From the NCBI GenBank assembly GCA_051362555.1, contig CM120640.1:58010788-58074787 (forward strand): a DNA stretch of 64,000 nucleotides, given 5' to 3'. This document shows positions 26,706-38,077 of this stretch, piece by piece. The translations under genes and the position numbers were made by a program. The first letter of the stretch is position 1. Every line of letters starts with the position of its first letter. Source of the stretch: Lingula anatina (taxonomy: Eukaryota; Animalia; Brachiopoda). Below the pieces are notes generated by a model that made no database searches, was not told the DNA's origin, and worked only from the letters and a program-made list of their open reading frames with translations.

Positions 26706-27137
26706 ATTAACTTGGTTTCTAAATTATATAGGGCACTGGTAAAAAAAATAAACATGTCGTACCACTCCCTAAACTATGTGGTGGCTGCACTCTAATAAAA
26801 GCTATGGAAATACTACATCAAGCGTTTGTTTCTCTCTTCGTGTTTGCTCTAATAATGATAATTTAATATTGAACCTTCATTTCTTAGGTTTCCCTTTTTT
26901 CTAAACTAAGCTTAATTATTAAAAACAGACACATTTATCATCGATTTCATTACTTTCGTGTACATCTACCTTACAGAATCTGCGAACAAAAACCATTTTT
27001 CATTTTATTTGAACCTAGCCGTTCTTTCAACTTAGGTAGTTGAACACCTTTTAACAAACTTTCTCAATCTGATTACATTTATTGTCGTTAGTTCAAACTG
27101 TTCTTAACATAAGAAACACCACGCCAGCGAAGAACAT

Positions 27138-27929
27138 CTAATCGAATTCCTTTTTAAGGTCTAGCTTGGAATCACAGTAATCCTCCGGATCGCTGTCTGG
27201 CTTGTCCTTCGGCTTGCCCTCTGTCTTTGGATGCTCAGTCTCCACACCTACCGCATTCTCTCTGCTGGTTGCCAAACCTTTGTGGAGGCGGAAAGTCGGA
27301 GGCAGTAACTCGTCTCCAGTCGAAACCTAAGAAGATCAAATATTCAAAATTATATTTCACACAATTGCAAAAAAAAAAAAAAAAGATAATAAATAAATAA
27401 ATAAATAAATAAAATAAAAAATAATTATAATAATAAATAAATAAGATAAAATAATCAATAATAATAAAAAATAGGAATATTGTGTTTCGATAAAAAAACA
27501 TGTTTTATAGTAAACATTATCAAATTCATTCAAAAATCATCACACAAAAAAATCTCCTTGAAGATGTCACAAAATCTAATGGGCAGATGGAGATGTTAGT
27601 TCAAAGATAATTACAAAAAGGTATTTCAATAAACGTTTAGATTTCACAAAACCTAATGAGCAATTCCACGTGTAAACTTTTAAGGGAACACTTTAGTAAA
27701 TGGATGCCGAAATTAGATGTTTGGTGGTCACTTGAATGATAGCCTTCTTCCACCCTCTGCCCACTTGACTGTTACATTTGCAATCCGAATTTGACAACCA
27801 CTCATACCATTAAGGTCACATAAGAACATTCTGAAAAAGGAGTGTCTGAATTCATAACGTTCGAGCTTTGGTCAGATTTTGTAATCATTAGAAACTGTCC
27901 AGTTGAGACAGCGTGAAGGTGATTAAAAA

Positions 27930-27978
<49 letters not shown>

Positions 27979-29224
27979 GTATATATAATGTATATAATGT
28001 GTGTGTGTGTGTGTGTAGTATAAATATATATTAATATATTTTTGCATACATATTCGCACAGTTCCTTTTCTTCCTTGTCAAGTAGAGGTGATACTGATCG
28101 ACGCAGACTGTTTGCACCACGTGTTTTGGTGCTAAGCGGATGTTTCGCATCGGTGCTACCAATCGAATCAGGCTTGAGGTGACGTAGAAATTTAGGTCTT
28201 GTCGTCAAGATATCCTCAACCTCGCTATCTGACGTATACTCTGACGACTGGTTTCATTTTAAATTAATTTTGAAAGAGAAAAAAAAGCAAAATATATCAT
28301 AAACTAAACAACAGACTCTATCATTATAATCAATCTCTTTATAATAAATCATCCTATTTGAAACTGTGATATGATAATATTCGTAATAAAATAAATAAAT
28401 AAAAGATATGAGGTGAAATACAACGACAAATCAATGATAACAAGAACCCCATAGTTGCTTACATCCGGATCTGACCCGCTATTATTAGCTCTATGAAGAC
28501 GCAACTTTATTTTCCGGACTGTCTTTTTTTCCGCCCAAGTTTGGGGCTCTTTGGCTTCGACTCGGGTTGGAACATAAGCGTCTTCAGGAAGAGGAGGTAA
28601 TACCGATCCCGAGCCTGAATGAATTAAATCAAAAGATGATACCAGGCTTACAGAGCAATCTGGGCTTAAATTATCTGGGAATTTTTCGGTGAATTTTTGT
28701 TCAGGCGAGGATGACACTGGGGATTGTTCACGGCTTCCTTGCATTTTTGAAAGAGCTGCTATCCTTGGACTTGCAGGACGATTGTATAAATAACGATATT
28801 TTCCAGTTTCACACGAACCCGTACATTGACAAGTTCCTACACGCTGATGTGCGTCTGAATTCTGGACATCTGAATACAAAGATGTAAAATGTTCAAAATC
28901 CACTGCTTCTCTTAAATGTTCGTCGTTTTCAAACGCATCTTTATATGAAGAGTATCCGCAGGACTTTGCAACTGAATTTGCAACAAACTTGCTTGTTTCA
29001 ACCAATGAGCTTGCTACTTCATTTATAGAATCCAGCTCAGACTTTGCCTGCTGATACAACTCTTTTATTGTCTGTACCTTCTGATAGGCCGATTTTGCCC
29101 TCTCCTTTGCATTTTTTGCATCTGTTAGGATTTCTTCAACATTTTTGAACAGAGTTACCGTTGTTGACCTCCCCTCTAAGCTATCCTGGTCAAAGGTAGA
29201 CTGCGGTGCTTTCTTTTTGTGCAT
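27138..29224 (-). CDS. Uncharacterised protein, about 411 aa; exons 29224-28463, 28247-28050, 27894-27808, 27326-27138 (TAG)
   Basis: The 291-aa ORF has a donor GAT|GTAAGC at 28462. Three further AG/GT-bounded exons (198, 87, 189 nt) all join in phase 0 without stops, ending ...DYCDSKLDLKKEFD*. AATAAA lies 55 nt past the stop (27083-27078). The protein has an N-terminal heptad-like helix, a CQCTGSC cluster and a Ser/Pro-rich remainder; no family recognised. Confidence 0.72.
27939..28015. repeat. (TA)n and (TG)n microsatellites in orphan-gene intron 2
   Basis: Directly visible. Confidence 0.95.
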
Positions 29225-29267
29225 TACTGCATGGCTCAGTTGCTGCGTTTCTGAATCCTTCCGGCTT

Positions 29268-29275
29268 TGACGTCA
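29268..29275. promoter_or_regulatory. Perfect CRE (TGACGTCA) 44 bp upstream of the orphan-gene ATG
   Basis: Palindromic TGACGTCA, with a CRE half-site (TGACGT) near 29292. Confidence 0.45.
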
Positions 29276-30252
29276 TAACGCTAAATTGTATGACGTATTT
29301 GTTTTGTCATAGTGTAAGTATGCATGCCCTGTGACTGAACAGCGTCATTACCCTGAGTGTCAGAGAAACGTAAAAGCTAACTTGCTAAATATACCTCGTG
29401 GTGGAGTCGCTTTTACGGTATTGTTGATATGGGTTATATATGAAATCAAGATCGAGCTGACAATACCGGAATCTAGAACCTAGGGTAAGCGTCATTGGCT
29501 TCACGGTGTAAATGTGAAGTGAATGAGGAGAGGGGAATAGATCTAGATCTAGATATCTTTTCATGGCGGACTGGACGTTAAAATATGAAGAATCAAGTCC
29601 AATACATAGATCTATGCCTATTCTCATTCCTAAACCAGAATGTATAGGGGCCTACTGCTAAATATACCTTAATTAAACCTCTATCTTTGTAGGCCTATCT
29701 CTTTTGTAAATGATTGCATGTCAGTTGCTCCTGTCTATTTCCGCAAAAGTCAGCTTTTCTATAGTTTGTCTATAAGCACTTTAATATTTGTTGAAATTGA
29801 TATCTTTGAAAATCATGATCACACAGAAGTGTCGAGCGAAATCTAAATATCTTGCCCACGTTAGGCCTATTATAAAGAATAATCCGAGGAAAAAAGCACG
29901 TTTGTTTGTTTGTTTGTTTACATTATTCAATATTTTATTAAGGCCTACTGGTTACCAAAGAGTAGGCCTATAAACAAGAATTTAGCAATCAAAATATATA
30001 CTGTTAAAAAGCAATTAATAAGAAAATCTATTAGAGATTTGCTTTTCTTCAGCAAAACCTAATAAAATATAATTGCACCTACAACCGAATAATGCAGGAC
30101 TGTTTAGACCTACGCCAGGCCTCTTTGCAACCCCACAACCAAAATTTGTGTAAAATTGTTTGTAAATAAAAACTTTTGCTGACTCATTGCATCATAATTT
30201 TTAGGATGATGAGTCGTATCGAATATTTGATATATATTTTTATCCCTATCAA

Positions 30253-30358
30253 TTATTACAGACAACAATTTGTTACATTGTTAAAATGATAAGGATAGTG
30301 GGGTTATTGCAGACAACAATTTGTCACATTGTTAAAATGCTAAGGGTAGTGGGGTTAT
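30253..30358. repeat. Two-copy tandem repeat, unit about 51 bp
   Basis: TTATT(A/G)CAGACAACAATTTGT(T/C)ACATTGTTAAAATG(A/C)TAAGG(A/G)TAGTGGGG occurs twice. Confidence 0.85.
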
Positions 30359-33018
30359 ATAATAAAAGCGGCCTTATTTGGCCAAATCTCGAACAACCAA
30401 TATTCTTTGTTCCCTTCTCTATTGTTGTCTGTGGGACTATGAAAGTTTGTGGTGCACCGGGATGGAAGAGACATAGATAAGACAGTTTCTAATATACATC
30501 AAAGAGAAGTCGCCCCTAACACAATTAAGTGCAAACTGTAGGAATAAAACATGATAGATGGTATTGAATGTGCTAGATGTGAACCTTTTACCCAAATAAT
30601 TTTCAGGAATTATACGAGAATTCATTCATTTTCTCCTTGTTTTTCTTATTTAAAGCTATTGGGTATTTTTCAAGCGCCTGGGGGAAAGTGACATGGGTTC
30701 ATATGGATCATGTTATAAGAGTTAAGAGAAAATTGTTTTTACGTTGGTATGAAAGCTTGTGCTAATATCCACTCAGCCCTACCTTGCTCACAGAATTTAC
30801 CGATAAACAGCTTAAATTACACTCAATTTATTGCTTACCCTTTTCTCGTTTTGTTTGTCAATTACTGCAAAGCTTTTTCTGGTGAGACATCATTAACTAT
30901 CGAAGCGTTTGTACGAGATTTAGTTTAATTGTAATACATTTTAAAGAGTACGGCAAACCCTTTCAAGGGCGTGACGCTGTGGTAGCAAATTGAACCATTG
31001 GCTAATGGTGATTAATTCGGTCTGCTTTGACTTTGCGAGTCAATTTGGGCTGACAAATAACAGCAAATTAAGGGAAGAAAGTAAGAAAGCAAGAAAGAAA
31101 ACACGGATTCTCCATCAACATTTTGAGCGACCATTGCACTGACAGGTGCTTTCTATCAGTAAAGCACACCTTAATCGACCTAGCGCACCGCGTAATAAGG
31201 TTGTGATGTTTGGTAAAACAAAAATGATGAGGCGAAAATAGATAAGATACTCCATATGTTGAATCTAGCATCCAACATAAGCTGTATGCTGAGTTATGTT
31301 GGATCCTATGTTGAGTAAAGGTCATTTTAGTTTATTCTACTTATTAAGAGAGAGAGAGAGAGAGATAGTAGAAATTTATTTATGCATCTCTTAATTTTTT
31401 TCTTAAACAGATTAATATGCATTTTCTTATTGCTCATTCATGTTTTTATTAGCATTCTGCGCCATTTTCCATTCAGAATTTAGTGCAGCAGTAAGATGAC
31501 CGCTAAAACATCATGAATCTTTATAAAAAATAACAGAAACGAAATACTTTGATCTGACTCAAAACTAAAGGTTATCAGCAAGAATAAAACTGCTGTATTA
31601 TATGATGATTAAATGAGGGAAATGAAGTCGCAAATTGCCTATTTTTCATCAGTTAATCCTCTCAGTGATATCTCCCTTTTAACATGTGGGAAAAGGAAGT
31701 TATTTCCGAATGAAATGACTCATTTTATTGTTTTTCCATCGGTGCAATTATCTGAAATAATTTGTTTTTCATTTACTCCATATACGTTTCACGTAACAGT
31801 TTTGACGGTTTAACTGCATCCGTGCTATCACCAGACCGTGTGATTTTAAACCATTCCATAGCTCATATCATACATGTACATGTAGCTATATAAGACAGGT
31901 TGAACTGGCTCCCCATGCTAAGAAATCTTATATTCTAATTCGATTATACTAACAGCATATAAACTATATATTTTCAAATAACTCTCAACGAGAAACAAAC
32001 ACGAATTGCCAATACGAACAATTTTATTATAAACTGCAAAGCGTCGATGTGCCTCTGCCTGCGTACAGAAAGTCCAATACAACATAATTAATGGCATTGT
32101 GTCCGTTATCCTTTTCATTTTATACCAATGTTCTCATTGATGTTTAGTCCAAAATCCTTCAAATTTTGATTCAGATAAAAATTTCCTATTAATGTCTGCA
32201 TCAACTTTCGTTTTCTTGTACACACATCGCACTTCTGCCTTAGTATTTCTTCCTCTTGAGCCATTACCTTCAAAAAGAATAAAATTCGCCATCATATGCG
32301 ATATCTTACAAGGCATTCAGAGGAGAAAATAACGTTTGTACTGCAGGGCTAAACGCCCTCGAATGATCACCCCTCCCTTTCGCGTGATTTATTCACCTTT
32401 TAAACACAGCGTCCCCTGACCACACCTTTCACATGACTTCCGTCCCGAACGACGTCGTAGTCAACCCGTTTAACGACAATAAATATATGGAACCAGGTGG
32501 TCTGCTTCAATAGTACAGCCGTCATAACTAGGCTGGAAATGTGCTTTGGGTGTATGTGTGTCCTGGATGTAAGGTTAATCAAGATAATAATGACATCAAA
32601 TATGTACTTATGGTGTATATATTTTTACCGAGAATTCGATACACCTCATGACCCTTTGTGCTGCATTAACTCTCTTAATAGGGGGAGCATACCTGTTATT
32701 TATTTTGGCTCTCTAGCTGGAGTGGCCTTAGAATCTGTATTAGGTATTAATGGACGCATAGTCATACAGTGGTCGACCACTGCGCATGTCCATTAATAGA
32801 TTTGTTACAACGTCGTTTAGGGGCCTAGCTGATTTGTAGGCATCCTGGTAGAAAGACAGAAGTTACACACAGTTGTAAACAGGTACAAACGAAGAAGAGA
32901 GACCAAATTACAAGCTGTTGGTTTTGTCGAAAGTACATGTGCCTGGTTCCCAGGAGTTTCTGTTCGTGCTGCGATTCGGCTGGAATATTACAAAGGATAT
33001 TCAAAAGAGGATACAAGC

Positions 33019-35280
33019 ATGCGCTGGTACAGAGCTGTACTAGGTTCTTTGGTGCTGATTTTTACCTCAGCCGTACAGAACTCACATGGTTCGTTGTCTG
33101 GGAAAGAAAGCATGAATACTTCATTACAAGCCAACCCAGAACACTGTCATACTCGTGCTTCTTGCAATTCCTCTGACGCTGAAAGAAACTGTTACTGTGA
33201 CGAAGTTTGCATTCTCTACGAAGACTGTTGTAAAGATTTTCATCCCGCGGAACTTACAAATAACAACCTGACAAAGAAATATATGTTACAGTTAGCCAGG
33301 GAAATCAAAGGACTCTTTGAATGTATGACATTGTCTACCAAATCTTCCGGTTACGTCATATCAAAATGCCCACAGAAATGGAGCGGACCCAACGAAATAA
33401 AAATCAACTGCGAACATAATTTCAACAAAACAAAATCCTTTGATCAATTCATGGAAACTCCAGTGGTTGGTAAAAGGACTGGCCTTGTATTTAGAAATGT
33501 TTTCTGCAGTATATGTCACGAAGTAGACGATATCGCTTATTACTCTGTAAAATTTGGCTGCTCAGTTCCGCAAAGTTCAACGCACCCCATGGGCCCACCA
33601 GGAAGACGACCCAATTTCCAGCCACCGGCAGGAGTTCCTCTAGATTCTATGGACGTCAATGTCAGTCACGTTTTCAATGAATGTAGTCGAACATATAGGT
33701 ATAAAGGAACCCATCTGAACAGAAAAACGTGTGTGAAATATATTTCTACCTGCTCTGACAAAAGCAGCCAATACAGAAAGTTATGTGAGGACACCCCTTA
33801 TGTATCGTTTGTATACCATAACGAAACGCACGAAACATACAAGAACAGATTCTGCGCCATGTGCAATGGCATTGAGGAAAGACGGCTGAATTGTATTAAA
33901 AAGGAAAATGCAACATCCAGTGTTCCTATGTATTCTTATAGTGTGTTATTTGACCTAAATACGGCAACTCTTGAACTGAAAACCATATATTCACCGTACC
34001 CAAGTACTGCTGAATATCAGAAATGCCCCCATGGTCAGACGATAGAATTCGGTACAAACTCGTGTCGTACTTTAATGTGTGAGCAAGACAAAGTGCTAAA
34101 GGGAAACAAATGCGTTCAGGTCTCTGACACCTTCCTTAACCGCTCATATAACAGTTCTATAGAGAAAGAGTTACTTTGTCCACATTTAAACTATTCAACA
34201 TTCGTGCTCTTCCCAAATGGCGAACTGTACATCAATAAAACTGGACAGTATTTTACTTCAGATGATTACCGGAGAGTTGATGAGAATAGCGTTTTGGTGT
34301 GTGTTAGTACGTATGGAAATCAAACAGAAGATGTCGTGCAGTTTAATTTTTCAGCAATCCAGACTTATCTTTCGTCCATTGGTTTAATCATATCTTCCAT
34401 TTGTCTTTCTATTCACTTTGTAATATACTTGATGCTCCCCTCACTGCGCAACAGACCGGGCAAAATTCTACTGCATTATGTTGCTTCGCTATTTGGAGCA
34501 CAGATACTGTTCTTGATAAGTCCAAGATTGGGGAGTATTACACACGCTTGCTTCATTTTCTCGGTCCTGCTTCACTTCATGTACCTAGTTGCTTTTCTGT
34601 GGATGAATATTATGTCATTTGATATTTGTCACACTTTCTCCAATCCGACACAAGTGTCGTCCTCGCAGAGATGCTCCAAGACATTTATTATCTATCACTT
34701 TTACGTGTGGTTTTTTGCTTTTACAATCATAACAATTGCACTCGTGGTGGATTTTTCTGATGATGTCCCAATAACATATAAACCTGGATACGGCAATTAT
34801 GGTCTATGCTGGTTAACGCAGAAGTATGGATTGCTTATATTCTTTATTGGGCCTGTATCTGCAATCCTCTTAGCAAATTTAATCTTATTTGCCATATCGG
34901 CCTACAACATTACCAAGGTTTCGAACGACACAAACAGAATAGCTCTTTTGAACAAATCTTCTGAAAAGCGAAATCTGCTGTTGTTTGTTAAACTCTCTGT
35001 AGTGATGGGCATTACTTGGATAACTGGTTTTGTTGCCATGGCAACTAACCGATCGGAACTTTGGTTTTTGTTCATATTCCTGAACACATGGCTCGGTGTA
35101 TTCCTCTTCTTAGTTTATATATGCAATAAAAACGTGTTTCAGCTGTTAAGGAAAAAATTCGGATGTCACACCAAGAAAAATTTAAGGAATAGTAAAAGCA
35201 ACAGTTCAGCTGTTTCTTCCATGCGAAATCGAACATCTACGACGGAATTGTCAATAGTGCGTTTAAATACGCGATTGTAA
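33019..35280 (+). CDS. Intronless class-B-like GPCR (Methuselah/latrophilin-like 7TM) with somatomedin-B-like domain, paralog 1, 753 aa
   Basis: Signal peptide; SMB-like CYCDEVCILYEDCC; Cys-rich N-glycosylated ectodomain; seven hydrophobic segments with class-B motifs (LRNRPGKIL, LLHFMYLVAFLWMNIMSFD, CWL, KLSVVMGITW); Ser/Thr-rich tail; no GPS/GAIN motif seen. Confidence 0.92.
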   Translation: MRWYRAVLGSLVLIFTSAVQNSHGSLSGKESMNTSLQANPEHCHTRASCNSSDAERNCYCDEVCILYEDCCKDFHPAELTNNNLTKKYMLQLAREIKGLFECMTLSTKSSGYVISKCPQKWSGPNEIKINCEHNFNKTKSFDQFMETPVVGKRTGLVFRNVFCSICHEVDDIAYYSVKFGCSVPQSSTHPMGPPGRRPNFQPPAGVPLDSMDVNVSHVFNECSRTYRYKGTHLNRKTCVKYISTCSDKSSQYRKLCEDTPYVSFVYHNETHETYKNRFCAMCNGIEERRLNCIKKENATSSVPMYSYSVLFDLNTATLELKTIYSPYPSTAEYQKCPHGQTIEFGTNSCRTLMCEQDKVLKGNKCVQVSDTFLNRSYNSSIEKELLCPHLNYSTFVLFPNGELYINKTGQYFTSDDYRRVDENSVLVCVSTYGNQTEDVVQFNFSAIQTYLSSIGLIISSICLSIHFVIYLMLPSLRNRPGKILLHYVASLFGAQILFLISPRLGSITHACFIFSVLLHFMYLVAFLWMNIMSFDICHTFSNPTQVSSSQRCSKTFIIYHFYVWFFAFTIITIALVVDFSDDVPITYKPGYGNYGLCWLTQKYGLLIFFIGPVSAILLANLILFAISAYNITKVSNDTNRIALLNKSSEKRNLLLFVKLSVVMGITWITGFVAMATNRSELWFLFIFLNTWLGVFLFLVYICNKNVFQLLRKKFGCHTKKNLRNSKSNSSAVSSMRNRTSTTELSIVRLNTRL

Positions 35281-38077
35281 ACACATAGGAAGCGTCCGAG
35301 ACCAATTATTTTCATGAAAGATAATGGGTAATTCCACTTTTTGGCAATTTTGGATAATGATAAAACCCATTTGGTGTTTAGTAAACAACTTAGCTGTATC
35401 TTACAGGCGTTATACATTGAAGCAGTGAAAAAAATAATAAAATACTATGAGCTTAAAGAGGGCAGGAAAGAACACGTTTTTATTGTTAGCTAGTTAACAT
35501 TCTTAATGGACGTAATGAAAAATATACAAGTCGAGTAAAATTTGAAAATACAAGAATATCAGGTTTCATATCCTTGGTTTATTTTAATAGCGTTTTCTAA
35601 CCGGTAGGTGCACCTTACGTAATTTTGTTACGTGAAATAGAACAATGCAGATGAACAATCATTGGCATTTAAAACGCTTTTTCAATGTTAGATATTGTGT
35701 GTATTATGTTTGATGGCATATGATTCTCCAACCCTATCTGTCTCGTTATTAAAATAATGAGACATTTGAATCCGTTTTCTAGTATGTATATATGTGATCA
35801 ATGAATTTACTCGTAGCATAAATGGTTTTACCGGATGTGTCCAAGTCAAATTTGTAATGTATGAGTTTATTAAGTAATTCATTCAGAGAAGGAAATTTGC
35901 GGATTTTGGGTCACTTATTTATCTAATAATGTAATGCGCACTGTGTAACCTTCACTTTTGATTGTTATTACTTGTAAGCTACATGCATGTGTGGCACAAA
36001 GTAGTTAAATGAAGTCCTTTTTTACATACATGTATATCTTACTTTCTATGTAATCATGAGTTACACTGTAAAAACATACAATGAAGTATAAAGTAAAACA
36101 CACCCGGGTCCCAATTTACGGTATTGGTGAGACGCATAAAATTACAAGACAAGTACATATTTATTATTAATCATTATTTATCTTATTTATGTCAGTGTAA
36201 AGAATTCTCTATTATTTAAAATAATGTCACAGGCTTTAGCTGTATCTTTATATGTATTTGTATTTGACATGAGAAATATAATATATAAAAAGATTAACGT
36301 TATCCATATTTTGAATATGATGACGTGTTTCTTTCCCCTAGATCATATAACTCCCCATGTACTTCACCTCATCTGCGCATGCTTCATGTTCTCTGCCCCG
36401 GCCACTACCATCACAGCATTGACAAATTATTTGTGTACCGCCTTTAAGGCCCCGCACCTGAATTTAACCAGCGTCCAGCTTTCATTCTTTATTTTTGACT
36501 CCAGAGTTTATAAAACATGTATAAACGAAGTGATTATTTCATTTAGATGCATTCCTTGTGTTGTACAAATATTTCTTTTCGTTATACCAGCGATTCCTCG
36601 TTTCTTTGGGCGGTTTCACTCAAATTCACATTTTCATAATCTTCTTGCGCGTGAGTCTGAACCTTTTTTTATAAAAACTAAAGATATTCACTGTCGCTCT
36701 GTTGGTATTGCCCGGCCCCCTTTCTTTGTGGCTGCTACATCGAGTATATATATATACATACTGTATATACAATGATATAAGCTTTTTCAATAGAAAAGAA
36801 AATAAGTTTTAAATCCTATAGCGTTGATGATGGGCAAATAAGAAAACCGCCGCGGGCGGAAAGCCTGACTTTTATACCCATTTATCATTGTTAAATATTG
36901 ATGTTATTAGTTATTATCATTTAATAATGTTATGGTATTAAACTACAGATGAACATCTCTTGATCTCACACTCGACCTTTTTTATAGAAGTTCAAACGAA
37001 GTGTTACAAGAAAAAATTGTTTTCCACGGAAACAGACCACTTGATCAAAAGAAAGTTCTATAAACAAAGCTGGTTTTAGATAACTTCGCGTGAGTGGATC
37101 CTGGCATTTTTAATGGTTGTCAAAATCAAAGAAATATTTGGATCTGGTAAATCCAGGATTTTACCGCACAGCAAGTTGTCTTTGGTTAAAGCATGGAGAA
37201 GGGGTAACCGTTATCGGCACTTAAAAACGATGAAATTGTAGATGATTAAAAACGCGGCGAATGTTGTTCTTGACAGCTAGTGTTTCATACTTCCTTTGTA
37301 GGTAAGTAGGGCCGAAAATGACCATATCCATGAACAAATACAGGATATTACTTTAGGGAAGGAGATATCGGGGTAAAAACATTTTCGTTTGCCATATCTA
37401 CATGACAAATAAAAGAGCATTTGTAGGAAGCTGAAGGCACAGCGAGTGTCCGCAATCTTCTCCCATTACCAGCCCCTTCGTAAATCCCAAGATTCTATGT
37501 TAGAAACATTTCAATATATCAAATATGTTTATGCATTAAACTAAGCTGATGAAGGTGGTAAAGTATGAAAAACGATTGTAGAAAAAAATTTTCCGTGATA
37601 TATGCGTTATAGGATAACATATTTAAGCTCATTTTCATGGGTAGGAGTCGGGTTACAGTAAGGTAATGAATTAATCCAATCAAGCCGACTACAGCATATC
37701 TCGCTACCGGAGAGTTTATTCTATATACAGAAGATGAAAATGATTTAATTTCCGGACAATCAAAAATGTGCGGGACCAACGCAGAGTTGATGTATACAGC
37801 ATCACATGTCTGCAAGAGATCGCAGTTGCGAAGAATTTACAAACACATCAGTGCAAATATTTGGTCCAGGGCACTATATATATATTCACTTCATTCTACC
37901 AGGGATGAATTTTGTGGTAACAACCAGACTTCGCGAATCTTATCGACCTTTAGAAGATGTTTAATACGCGGTTTTTGGACACCACAGAATAGGGAGAAAC
38001 TTTTCGCACACGTACGTCTATATATCGAAGATTGAAAATAGCCGAGTCTCAGTTGCCAGTGAATTAATACTGTAACC

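Noticed and set aside
36224-36775. 183-aa ORF between receptor paralogs 1 and 2
   Set aside because: Composition is typical of AT-rich non-coding DNA (F/I/L/C-rich), with no motif and no similarity to the neighbouring receptors.
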